From positions 1 to 64,000 of IMG/VR virus record IMGVR_UViG_3300043411_002995: a stretch of DNA of 64,000 nucleotides; one strand, given 5' to 3'. A program made the position numbers and the translations under genes. Below the pieces are notes generated by a model. The model ran no database searches and was not told the DNA's origin. It saw nothing but the letters and a program-made list of their open reading frames with translations. Of this stretch, positions 18,426-27,262 are shown one piece after another. Position 1 is the first letter of the stretch. Each line of letters opens with the position of its first letter. This DNA is from a virus.

Positions 18426-18687
18426 TCAGGCCGCGCGCCGCTCGTTGCGGAAAGGCGACTCGCCCCACTATCGCTGCGTGATCTGCTGGGCGCGGAACCC
18501 CTGGGGGGAGGGCTGCGCCGACAAGCTCGACCGGTTGTTCTCGTCGTTGGTCGACCAGAGGATCTACGTCGACAAGGGGCGTTACCGCTGGCCGGCGTCA
18601 CCGGTCACGGATGCGGGGCTCTGCAGCACGTGCTGGGACGCGATCGAACCCATCGACCTGGTGGCGGCTGATGCGGAAGCCCTGTAG
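18397..18687 (+). CDS. Hypothetical protein with two CxxC pairs
   Basis: CVICW, LCSTCW; GAGGAG RBS. Confidence 0.6.
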   Translation: MDTYLRWLADQAARRSLRKGDSPHYRCVICWARNPWGEGCADKLDRLFSSLVDQRIYVDKGRYRWPASPVTDAGLCSTCWDAIEPIDLVAADAEAL

Positions 18688-19036
18688 CAACTGTCCGTGG
18701 CGCCGGGACGCGCCGCCGGGCTACTGGGACCCCGATCACTTTCGCTCGATCTGGGTCAACTGCCAGGACGACGGCACGCACCTGATGCTGTGCCACAAGT
18801 CCGGCGCGCGGCCGCCGGCGGCGCCGCAGATCGTCTGCCAGGGATGGATCCGGGTGATGAAGCAGGACGCGATCGGCGTGCGGCTCGCGCTGGTGCGTGA
18901 CCTGGTGACGATCGAGGAGGTCGAGGACACGGACGGGCCGGATCTGTTCACGACCTTCCGCGCGATGCTGGTGGCCAACGGCATCCGGCCGCCGGCGCGC
19001 AACCGCTACATGCCGAAGCACAGACGGAGCAGGTAA
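18671..19036 (+). CDS. DUF6283-like Cys/His protein
   Basis: PCSNCPWRRD..PG.W...CH...CQGW pattern. Confidence 0.6.
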   Translation: MRKPCSNCPWRRDAPPGYWDPDHFRSIWVNCQDDGTHLMLCHKSGARPPAAPQIVCQGWIRVMKQDAIGVRLALVRDLVTIEEVEDTDGPDLFTTFRAMLVANGIRPPARNRYMPKHRRSR

Positions 19037-19037
19037 G

Positions 19038-19511
19038 ATGCCCAGCTTCCACACGAGCTCGCTCGAGCCCAACCCGAGCAGGACCATGACCGACCCCATC
19101 CACCCCGAGGGCATCATCCCGACCGGGCCGTATCGCGACGACCTGGCGTCGGCCATGGCGCGGCTGCAGGCCCAGGAGCGCGAGATCGCCGAGCTGCGCC
19201 TCGCGCTGCAGGAGAAGGAGACCCGACTCGCCGAGGCGGAGGACAAGGAGAACGCCCGCGTCAACTTCTACCTCGAGTTCGGCGACGAGGAGATCAAGCG
19301 CCTCGAGGCCGAGAACCGCAGCCTGCACCAGCAGGTGATCGTGCTGAGCGGCGCCTCGCCCGGCGCGCTGGTGAGCCTCCGCCGCGAGCTGACGCAACTG
19401 CCGCGCCTCGAGGCGGAGTTCCGGTGGATGCGCAAGGATGTGGCCCGCACCCGGCTGCTGTTCGTGGTGGCGGTGCTGGTCTACATGCTCATGGGCTGGG
19501 CGCCGCTGTGA
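19038..19511 (+). CDS. Coiled-coil protein with C-terminal transmembrane anchor
   Basis: Heptad-rich middle; LLFVVAVLVYMLMGW at the C-terminus. Confidence 0.65.
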   Translation: MPSFHTSSLEPNPSRTMTDPIHPEGIIPTGPYRDDLASAMARLQAQEREIAELRLALQEKETRLAEAEDKENARVNFYLEFGDEEIKRLEAENRSLHQQVIVLSGASPGALVSLRRELTQLPRLEAEFRWMRKDVARTRLLFVVAVLVYMLMGWAPL

Positions 19512-19807
19512 TCGACGAGGGCGTCGACCGCCGGTGCTGGCTCTGCAAGCGGCACCGCACGACGGGGTTCGTGCTGGTGCAGACGCTCCCGTGCTGCGGG
19601 GAGGTGCTCTCCGTGTGCGCCGAGAAGTGCGCCGAGATGATCCCGCGGGTGTGCAGGGGGATGACGGTGGAGCGGTACGTGGAGAAGTTCGCGGCGATGC
19701 ACGCCGTGATGTGCAAGAAGGGACGATCTGCTGATGAGCGACGCGGCACACCTGGCGACGAAGATCCCCAACCTGGTGGTGCTGACGGGGGGCAAGGGTC
19801 AGCCTGA
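19508..19807 (+). CDS. Hypothetical Cys-rich protein
   Basis: GTGA overlap; CWLC, CC, CxxxC; overlaps dinG start. Confidence 0.5.
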   Translation: MIDEGVDRRCWLCKRHRTTGFVLVQTLPCCGEVLSVCAEKCAEMIPRVCRGMTVERYVEKFAAMHAVMCKKGRSADERRGTPGDEDPQPGGADGGQGSA

Positions 19808-21833
19808 GCGCGACTACGTCCAGGACGTCTTCGGCAAGGGCGGCTACCTGGACGCGCGGATCGACGGCTACCAGCCACGCGACGGGCAGATCAAGCTCGC
19901 GCGTGCGATCGACCGCGGCATCCGCGAGGGCCGGCACGTCATCGGTGAGGGCCCGACCGGCACGGGCAAGAGCTTCGCCTACTCGGTGCCGGCGGCGTAC
20001 CACGCGGTGCACAGCGGCAAGCGGGTGTGCATCGTCACGGCGAACAAGAACCTGCAGCGGCAGATCTACCAGAAGGACCTGGCGGCGCTGGCGGCCGCGG
20101 TGCCGTGGCCGTTCACCTACGCGATCCGCAAGGGGGTCGCGAGCTACCTGTGCCGCCGCAACTTCGAGGCGCGGACGTACCAGGGGCTGCTGTTCGAGAC
20201 CACCGAGCAGCGGCAGATGATCGAAGCGACGGTGCGGTGGGCGGAGACGACGACGACGGGGGACTACGAGGACAGCCCCGGACCGTCGGCGAAGGTCTGG
20301 GCGGGGTTCTCGACGGGGCGCGAGGAGTGCGATGGGCGGAAGTGCCCGCAGTTCGGCCGATGCTTCGTGAAGAAGGCGAAGGACGCCTCGGAGTCTGCGC
20401 AGATCATCGTCACGAACTACCACCTGTTCTTCCTGCACCTGCGGATGGGGGTGGAGCGGCCGATCTTGCCGGAGTTCGACGTGGTGATCATGGACGAGGC
20501 GCACCGCGCGGCGAACATCGCGCGCGAGTTCTTCGGCCAGGAGATCACCTTCGGCGGGCTCTACCGCTGCGTGACGAACCTGCACATGGTCGAGGTGGCA
20601 CGGTTCAAGGCGCAGGGGCAGCGACTGCGCGAGGCCTTCATGAAGGAGGTGGCGGGGCTGTGGCATGCGCTGGCGGCCCGGGCCCGGGCGCACAACCACG
20701 TCATCACCGAGAAGAACCGGCTGGACACGACGGCGCTCGAGGAGCGGCTCGAGGAGATCCGGCTGTTCTACGGTGAGGTGGCAGACGCGCTCGATCCGCC
20801 CGATGCGATCATCAGCTCGAAGGGGACGGCGCAGGGGGCGCAGGCCAGCGCGTACCGCAAGCTGGCGGTGAAGTGCCTCGAGAAGCAGGAGGAGCTCGCC
20901 GAGTTCCGGTCGCTCGCCGGCGAGGGGATGGTCTACTTCATCGAGGGGTCGGGGCACGAGCCGCAGGGCAAGTACGTGCGGCTCAAGTCGAAGGCGATCG
21001 AGGTCAGCGGCTTCATGCGGCCGATGCTCTTCGAGCGCTACAAGACGGTGGTGCAGACCTCGGCGACGCTGGCGGCGCGCGGCGGCAACGGCGGGGACTT
21101 CGCCTACCTGCGGCGCGAGATGGGGATGAACCCGCGCGCGGGGGCCGAGGACCTGTCGGTCGAGGAGCTGGTGGTCGAGTCGCCGTTCGACTGGCCGCAG
21201 CAGGCGATGCTGGTGATCCCGTCGACCATGCCGGAGTTCGTGCATGGCGACGACCGCTGGGACAAGGCGGTGCTCGACCACACCCAGCAGACGGTCGAGC
21301 TGATGAAGGGGCGGACGCTGTGCCTGTTCACGAGCTTCCGCATGCTCGAGGCGGCGCGCGACCGGCTGCGGAAGGAGACCCGCTACCGCATCCTGGTGCA
21401 GGGCGAGAAGACGAACCGCGAGCTCGCGGCCGAGTTCCAGGACGACGTCCACTCGGTGTTGCTGGGGACCGAGTCCTTCGCCGAGGGGGTCTCGATCGAG
21501 GGTGAGGCCTGCAGCTGCGTGCTGCTGGACAAGATCCCGTTCATCAACAAGAACGACCCGGTGATGATGGGGCTCGAGCGCCGGCTCAAGGAGCGCGGCA
21601 GCCGGGACGACGTCTTCCGGACGTACATGCTGCCGGAGGCGATCATCAGCTTCAAGCAGCGGGTCGGGCGGCTGATCCGCACGGTGGAGGATGTGGGGGT
21701 GGTGGTCGTGCTCGATCGCCGGCTCCTGACGAAGCCGTACCGCAAGCAGTTCATCAAGAGCATCCCGCCGGTCCGTCAGACGACGGACCTCGAGGCGATC
21801 CAGCCCTTCTTGTGGGAGAAGGGCGTCGTGTAG
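19734..21833 (+). CDS. dinG: DinG/YoaA-family Fe-S ATP-dependent DNA helicase
   Basis: Q motif RDGQ, EGPTGTGKS, KG..SYLC and C..RKC....C Fe-S Cys, DEAH, TSATL, LFTS, SFAEGV, KIPF, QRVGRLIR, LDRR. Confidence 0.92.
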   Translation: MSDAAHLATKIPNLVVLTGGKGQPERDYVQDVFGKGGYLDARIDGYQPRDGQIKLARAIDRGIREGRHVIGEGPTGTGKSFAYSVPAAYHAVHSGKRVCIVTANKNLQRQIYQKDLAALAAAVPWPFTYAIRKGVASYLCRRNFEARTYQGLLFETTEQRQMIEATVRWAETTTTGDYEDSPGPSAKVWAGFSTGREECDGRKCPQFGRCFVKKAKDASESAQIIVTNYHLFFLHLRMGVERPILPEFDVVIMDEAHRAANIAREFFGQEITFGGLYRCVTNLHMVEVARFKAQGQRLREAFMKEVAGLWHALAARARAHNHVITEKNRLDTTALEERLEEIRLFYGEVADALDPPDAIISSKGTAQGAQASAYRKLAVKCLEKQEELAEFRSLAGEGMVYFIEGSGHEPQGKYVRLKSKAIEVSGFMRPMLFERYKTVVQTSATLAARGGNGGDFAYLRREMGMNPRAGAEDLSVEELVVESPFDWPQQAMLVIPSTMPEFVHGDDRWDKAVLDHTQQTVELMKGRTLCLFTSFRMLEAARDRLRKETRYRILVQGEKTNRELAAEFQDDVHSVLLGTESFAEGVSIEGEACSCVLLDKIPFINKNDPVMMGLERRLKERGSRDDVFRTYMLPEAIISFKQRVGRLIRTVEDVGVVVVLDRRLLTKPYRKQFIKSIPPVRQTTDLEAIQPFLWEKGVV

Positions 21834-21840
21834 GAGGACC

Positions 21841-22206
21841 ATGAGGATCACGATCCACGGCAGCAGCGACGACAACTTCTGCTTCACCATCGAGAACAAC
21901 CAGGGCAAGCGCACCCGCGACGAGTGGGGGTGCTACCAGGCGGGCGATGACGAGATCCACCTGGTGGCGCGGCTCGCCACGATCGGCCTCACCAAGGGCG
22001 TGTTCATCCGGGCGATCTACGACGGGACGTGGTCGTTCGCGGTGGGCAAGCTGGACGAGGGTCGTTCGCTCCCTGGGTGGAGGTTCGAGCTCGGCAACAA
22101 GCACGAGTACTCGACGGAGCTGGTCATCGAGACCGGGGACGACCTGGTCGAGCTGGTGCGGGTCGAGTACCTGAAGGGAAGGGGGTGGGTCCCGACCCAG
22201 GCATAA
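21841..22206 (+). CDS. Hypothetical protein
   Basis: AGGAGG RBS; I.G.SDD N-terminal motif. Confidence 0.7.
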   Translation: MRITIHGSSDDNFCFTIENNQGKRTRDEWGCYQAGDDEIHLVARLATIGLTKGVFIRAIYDGTWSFAVGKLDEGRSLPGWRFELGNKHEYSTELVIETGDDLVELVRVEYLKGRGWVPTQA

Positions 22207-22207
22207 G
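22199..22207 (+). promoter_or_regulatory. GGGCAYAAG motif variant (AGGCATAAG), copy 3
   Basis: 20 nt upstream of ATG 22228. Confidence 0.4.
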
Positions 22208-22227
22208 GGGCTAGAAGGAGGAGACGC

Positions 22228-22578
22228 ATGCTTCACAAGAAACGGACCTGGCAGATCAAGAACCTCGAGGTGTCGGCGCTGGCGACCGAGCTGCTGCGGT
22301 GCCACTCGTGGACGGAGTGCACGGGGTTCCGCGCCGTCGGGATGCTGTGGCTCAACGACTCGACTGGCGCCGACGGCGCGCAGGAGTACGCGGTCGTCCG
22401 CGAGGAGGACGGGCGACAGGTCGAGAGCATCACGGTGAGCTGGTGCACGCCGGCGCAGCTGGAGAGCAAGGTCGTCGGCATCGCCGCGCGGCTGCCCGAC
22501 ATGGCGCCGATCAGCGACTGGGTGCTGCAGCCGGATGCGCTCGAGCACGGAGAGGGGCCATGCCGGTTCTGCGCGTGA
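22228..22578 (+). CDS. Hypothetical protein
   Basis: AAGGAGG RBS; WLNDST..DGAQEYAV...QVESIT..W. Confidence 0.7.
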   Translation: MLHKKRTWQIKNLEVSALATELLRCHSWTECTGFRAVGMLWLNDSTGADGAQEYAVVREEDGRQVESITVSWCTPAQLESKVVGIAARLPDMAPISDWVLQPDALEHGEGPCRFCA

Positions 22579-22868
22579 CCAGACACGTCGAGCCGAGCAT
22601 GGACCTCCAGGAATACGCGAGCTTCAACACCTGCTACGCGGTGTGGCTGGCGAAGGTCGATGCGCTGTGCGGGCGGCTGCTCAACGTCGAGCTGCTGCAG
22701 CTGCTCGAGTCGGATGGGATCGATCCCTGGGAGGACTGGAACTCCGGCGTCCGCCCGGAGCGGTTCTTCTCGGCGGTGCTGGTGCCCCACATCGAGCTCG
22801 ATCAGGGCGCCGAGTTCATCGACGAGGTCATCGGCCTTGAGGCAATGTGGGGAGCATCATCACCATGA
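22575..22868 (+). CDS. Hypothetical protein
   Basis: GTGA overlap. Confidence 0.6.
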   Translation: MTRHVEPSMDLQEYASFNTCYAVWLAKVDALCGRLLNVELLQLLESDGIDPWEDWNSGVRPERFFSAVLVPHIELDQGAEFIDEVIGLEAMWGASSP

Positions 22869-23380
22869 CCAAAGAGATCCCGTTCGACTACCTCGCGAGC
22901 CGGATGCGAGCCAACGCGTTCAAGGGCGTCTGGCACGGCGGCAGCCGCGGCATCACGGACCAGGCCTACTTCGCGCGGTGCCGGAAGATCCAGCACGGCG
23001 TGACGATGATCTTCACCCGCGATGTGGGGCACCACGCGTGCGGCTGGTTCAAGAACCCCGACTACGAGCGGTGCCTGCACCTGTCGATGTCGGCGGCGCC
23101 GGGCCTCGTCTGGACGCCTGACACCCCCGACTTCGATGAGCGGATGCGGAACGCGTGGCTGCGCGCGTTCTTCAAGGAGGACCTCGCCAAGGTGTGGTTC
23201 GAGCCCCCGGTCAGCCCGGAGGGGCGGGCGCGAGGCGTGCAGCACTGGCGGCTGTTCTGCGACCAGGCGTGGCAGCCGATCGTCCCGCGCGGCGAGGTCT
23301 ACACCACGGCGTTCACCGAGCTGGGCTGGAAGACCGCGTCCGAGATGCGGGCACTGGAACAGGAGATCGTCCCGGGCTGA
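22865..23380 (+). CDS. Hypothetical phage protein
   Basis: FTRDVGHHACGWFKNPDYERCLHLS...HWRLFCD motif. Confidence 0.7.
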   Translation: MTKEIPFDYLASRMRANAFKGVWHGGSRGITDQAYFARCRKIQHGVTMIFTRDVGHHACGWFKNPDYERCLHLSMSAAPGLVWTPDTPDFDERMRNAWLRAFFKEDLAKVWFEPPVSPEGRARGVQHWRLFCDQAWQPIVPRGEVYTTAFTELGWKTASEMRALEQEIVPG

Positions 23381-23438
23381 TCCGGGCCGACATCGACGCG
23401 TGGGCGGATGCGTCCGCGCGTTTTCTTAGCGCAAGGAG

Positions 23439-23648
23439 ATGGCGATGTTCGATGGGATGAAGGTGTTCTCGGCCACGAAGGCCCGCGACCGGGAGTTCCT
23501 GGGCGAGCTGGTGACCGACTGGATCACGCTGAACAAGGACAAGGAGATCGTCGACAAGGTGGTGAGCCAGAGCTCGGACTCCGAGTTCCACTGCCTGTCG
23601 ATCACGCTCTTCTGGAAGGTGCGGGATGGCGGCCGCCGCGCGGGCTGA
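23439..23648 (+). CDS. Small hypothetical protein
   Basis: AAGGAG RBS; VFSATKARDRE.LGE.VT.W...QSSD.EFHCLSIT. Confidence 0.7.
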   Translation: MAMFDGMKVFSATKARDREFLGELVTDWITLNKDKEIVDKVVSQSSDSEFHCLSITLFWKVRDGGRRAG

Positions 23649-24300
23649 GCGCCCGGTGCTGTTCTCGGGCGAGATGGTCCAGGCGATCCGCGCCGGCCGG
23701 AAGACGCAGACGCGGCGGGTGATGAAGCCGCAGCCCAAGGGAGTAGTGGGCAAGACCTGGCCGGACCCCGACAGCTGGGCCTGGCCCAGCTCGCTCGCGC
23801 GGACGATGGTCGACATCAACGAGGCCCGCAGCCTCAGCCCGTACGGGTGCCGCGGCGACCGCCTGTGGGTGCGCGAGACCTTCGCGCTGCTCTGGCCGGG
23901 CGAGGGCCCGCCGGAGAACGCCCAGGAGAACCGGGTGGAGTACCGGGCGGACGGGGACCCGAGCCGGTTCCCGGGGGAGTGGCCCCCGGAGTCGGCCAAG
24001 GATGCGGAGCGGCCGCGGTGGCGCCCCGGCATCTTCATGCCGCGCCGGGCCTCACGGATCGTGCTCGAGGTGACCCGGGTTCGGATCGAGCAGGTCCAGG
24101 AGATCAGCGAGCAGGACGCGGCCGCCGAGGGGGTGCGGCCGCTGCAGATGGACAGGGGGAGCTACTTGCCGAGCTTCGAGGGGCTGTGGGATACGATCAA
24201 CGCGCCGCGCGGGTACGGATGGAGCACGAACCCCTGGGTGTTCGTGATCGAGTACCGAGTGATCCAGGGCCTTGCGCCCGCCGCGTCACACTCCGTATGA
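23626..24300 (+). CDS. ASCH/PUA-like conserved phage protein
   Basis: RPVLFSGEMVQAI.AGRKTQTRR, GDRLWVRETF, WRPGIFMPR.ASRI.LEVT, NPWVFVIE. Confidence 0.75.
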   Translation: MAAAARAERPVLFSGEMVQAIRAGRKTQTRRVMKPQPKGVVGKTWPDPDSWAWPSSLARTMVDINEARSLSPYGCRGDRLWVRETFALLWPGEGPPENAQENRVEYRADGDPSRFPGEWPPESAKDAERPRWRPGIFMPRRASRIVLEVTRVRIEQVQEISEQDAAAEGVRPLQMDRGSYLPSFEGLWDTINAPRGYGWSTNPWVFVIEYRVIQGLAPAASHSV

Positions 24301-24301
24301 T
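24272..24301 (+). promoter_or_regulatory. Sigma70-type promoter
   Basis: TTGCGC-18 nt-TATGAT upstream of ATG 24357. Confidence 0.5.
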
Positions 24302-24356
24302 GCGATCACACCAGGCAAGCCCGGGCGTACCCGCGCCCAAGCTACCGGAGAAAACC

Positions 24357-24803
24357 ATGGACACGGACAGCGAGACCAACACCATCGACACGACCGCCGC
24401 GCCCGCGGTGGTCCCCACCAAGCCGGCCAAGGCGAAGAAGGCCGCGCCGGCGCGCAAGCCGAAGGCGAAGTCCGCGGAGCGGCCGCGCGGCCGCACGGAG
24501 CTCGTCTTCGACGAGATGACGGCGCACGAGCAGGCTCTGCTGCGGGCGCTCTACACGCCGTCGGGCCCGCGCGTGGCGAAGGCCATCCACGAGCTGCAGG
24601 ACCAGCTCTGGCCGAAGAAGAAGAAGGCGACGGGGACGTCGCTGGTCCGCAACACGCTGCGGCGACTGGTCAAGTTCGGCTGGGTCGAGCTGGCGACGCC
24701 GACGAAGGCCGAGGTCGCCGCGCACAAGAAGGCGAAGAGCGGGCGGCTCTACTCGAAGTACCTGGTGACCGAGAAGGGCCGGAAGCGCGGCATCAAGGAC
24801 TAG
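24357..24803 (+). CDS. Basic winged-helix DNA-binding protein with Lys/Ala-rich N-terminus
   Basis: MTAHEQALLRAL...IHELQ...SLVRNTLRRLVKFGWVE...YLVTEKG; GGAG RBS. Confidence 0.7.
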   Translation: MDTDSETNTIDTTAAPAVVPTKPAKAKKAAPARKPKAKSAERPRGRTELVFDEMTAHEQALLRALYTPSGPRVAKAIHELQDQLWPKKKKATGTSLVRNTLRRLVKFGWVELATPTKAEVAAHKKAKSGRLYSKYLVTEKGRKRGIKD

Positions 24804-24806
24804 CCC

Positions 24807-26615
24807 GTGGCCGCCCAGATCTTGCTCGCCGCAGACTTCGGTCTGCCGGCGAGGGCCGTGACCGAGTCCCTGGCGGTCCTCGGCCGCAAGGGCGGGGGCA
24901 AGACCAACACCGGGGGCGTGCTGTTCGAGCAGATGCACATGATCGGCGCGCAGTGCGTGGCGCTGGACCCGGTCGGCAACTGGTGGGGACTTCGGCTCTC
25001 CGCCAGCGGCAAGCGCAAGGGGCTCGACATTCCCGTGTTCGGCGGGGTGCACGGCGACGTGCCGCTCACGCCGACGTCGGGGAAGCTGATCGCCCAGCTG
25101 GTGGTCGACCGGCGGGTGAGCTGCGTCATCGACCTGATGACCTTCAAGCCGGAGCAGCGGCGGCTGTTCGCCGCGGACTTCGCCGAGGAGTTGTTCGAGC
25201 TCAAGAAGACCCACCGCTCGCCGCTCCACCTGTTCGTGGAGGAGGCGCGCAAGTTCATCCCGCAGCTGTCGAAGAGCAAGCTCGACCTGCGGATGGCGGA
25301 CGCGTTCGACGACATCGTGCGGCTGGGCCGGAACTACGGCCTGGGCGTGTCGCTGCTCGACCAGCGGCCGCAGTCCGTCAACAAGGAGGTGCTGTCGCAG
25401 ACCGAGATCCTCATCGTGCACCAGCTGACCGAGACCCACGGCCGGAAGGCCATCGAGGACTGGGTGCGGTCGAAGACGACCAAGGGGGGCGAGCAGCTCG
25501 CGGACCTGGACCAGCTCGAGGTGGGGGAGGCCTTCGTGTGGAGCCCGGGCCTGCTGCGCACCTTCGCCCGGGTGCGCGTGCAGAAGAAGCAGACCTACGA
25601 CGCGTCGGCGACGCCCGAGCTCGGCAGCGGGCAGGAGGACGTCGCTCCGCGGCCGCTGGACGCCACCGACCTGACCCGCCTCGAGGCGGCCATGACGGAG
25701 GTTGTGGCGGAGGCGGCTGCCACGGACCCGACGAAGCTGCGCCAGGAGGTGCAGCGGTTGCGCGCTCAGGTCGCGACCCTCGAGGTCCGCGCGCCGGCGC
25801 CGGCCCCGCCGGCGAAGGAAGTGCGCGTCGCGGTGATGGGGCCCGAGGACTGGGAGCGGCTGGATAAGTACGTGGAACGATTGGACAAGGAGGTGAAACT
25901 GCTCGACCAGCAGCGCGACAAGCTGGCGCAGGCCCAGCAAGTGGTGACGACCGAGCTCGGGAACATCAAGACGCTGATCATGCAGGCCGCGGCCACCGCG
26001 ACCTCAAGCCGGGGAACGTCATCCACCGCGACGTCAAGCCCGACAACCACCGCCTCGAGGCCGACGGGCAGCCTCAAGGTGGTCTACACCGACAAGCCCA
26101 CCCAGCGGGTCCAGGCCGCCGGCGCCGCCGGTGTGGCGCTGACCGGGCCCGAGCAGCGCGTCCTCGAGGCGCTGGCCTGGCAGGCCGCGATCGGCATCCA
26201 CGAGGCCGACTCCACCACCACCGCCTTCCTCGCCGGCTACAAGGTGGGCGGCGCCTACAACAACGTGCGGGGCAAGCTCCGGTCCGCCGGCCTGGTCGAC
26301 TACCCGACGCCGGGGACCCTCAAGCTGACCCTCGCCGGCGCCGCGGCCGCGCCGGCGGTCCTCGCCCCGCTGACCACGGCGGCTCTGCACGAGCACGTGA
26401 TGGCCCGCCTCGAGGGGCCCCACCGCCGACTGCTGGCCCCACTTCTCGAGGCCTACCCCGAGAGCCTGACCACCACCGAGCTCGCGGCCGCGTCGGGCTA
26501 CGAGATCGGCGGCGCCTTCAACAACGCCCGGGGCCGGCTGCGGTCCATGGGACTTGCCGACTACCCCACGACCGGCTCGGTTCGCGCGACCGACCGGCTC
26601 TTCCTGAAGAGGTGA
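24807..26615 (+). CDS. HerA/FtsK-family ATPase (DUF87-like) with coiled coil and duplicated C-terminal winged-helix domains
   Basis: Walker A GRKGGGKT, LDPVG, Walker B LFVEEA, RLGRNYG, DQRPQ.VNK.VLSQ; two GY..GGA.NN.RG.LRS.GL.DYP repeats. Confidence 0.8.
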   Translation: MAAQILLAADFGLPARAVTESLAVLGRKGGGKTNTGGVLFEQMHMIGAQCVALDPVGNWWGLRLSASGKRKGLDIPVFGGVHGDVPLTPTSGKLIAQLVVDRRVSCVIDLMTFKPEQRRLFAADFAEELFELKKTHRSPLHLFVEEARKFIPQLSKSKLDLRMADAFDDIVRLGRNYGLGVSLLDQRPQSVNKEVLSQTEILIVHQLTETHGRKAIEDWVRSKTTKGGEQLADLDQLEVGEAFVWSPGLLRTFARVRVQKKQTYDASATPELGSGQEDVAPRPLDATDLTRLEAAMTEVVAEAAATDPTKLRQEVQRLRAQVATLEVRAPAPAPPAKEVRVAVMGPEDWERLDKYVERLDKEVKLLDQQRDKLAQAQQVVTTELGNIKTLIMQAAATATSSRGTSSTATSSPTTTASRPTGSLKVVYTDKPTQRVQAAGAAGVALTGPEQRVLEALAWQAAIGIHEADSTTTAFLAGYKVGGAYNNVRGKLRSAGLVDYPTPGTLKLTLAGAAAAPAVLAPLTTAALHEHVMARLEGPHRRLLAPLLEAYPESLTTTELAAASGYEIGGAFNNARGRLRSMGLADYPTTGSVRATDRLFLKR

Positions 26616-27262
26616 CGATGCTGTTCAAGGAGATCGACGTGTTCCTGTGGGAGCACGACATGTTCGACGTGCTCAACAGCCTGCTCCAGGCGGTCGAGAA
26701 GGAGACCACCTTCCTCGCGGAGCTGCGGGGCGTGTCCCACGCGCCCAAGATGATGACCGATGAGGCTCAGGACCTCTACGCCGAGGACATCACCCGCGCG
26801 ATGGTCGACGGCGACTACCTCAACCCGCGGAGCGTGCTGTCGCACCGCGATCGCTACATGACGGCGTGGGCGGTCGCCCAGATCATCGTGGCCAAGCAGC
26901 GCGAGCTCGCGCCCGAGGAGGAGGAGACCGACGCGACGACCACCTTCGTGAAGCTGTGCCAGGCCAACGCGGAGCTGGGGGTCAAGACCGTCGAGGTCCT
27001 GCAGAAGATCGACGAGCGGGATCTGATCATCGAGCACCTGCGAGAGGGGCAGCGCGACGCCGCCACGCTGGCGGCGCACATCGTCTGGATGGCGAACACC
27101 GTCCACCAGGCCTACCACCAGACCAATCCCAGCGACCCGTTCGGTGCGCCGTCGTCGCTGACCTGGCAGGAGTGCACGAAGGGCACGTGCGGCTCGATCG
27201 AGCACATCCTGGCCCAGGCCGGGTACGACAAGGCGCTGCAGCCGATCCCGCGGAGGTCGTGA
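26612..27262 (+). CDS. Hypothetical protein
   Basis: GTGA overlap; codon bias. Confidence 0.65.
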   Translation: MTMLFKEIDVFLWEHDMFDVLNSLLQAVEKETTFLAELRGVSHAPKMMTDEAQDLYAEDITRAMVDGDYLNPRSVLSHRDRYMTAWAVAQIIVAKQRELAPEEEETDATTTFVKLCQANAELGVKTVEVLQKIDERDLIIEHLREGQRDAATLAAHIVWMANTVHQAYHQTNPSDPFGAPSSLTWQECTKGTCGSIEHILAQAGYDKALQPIPRRS

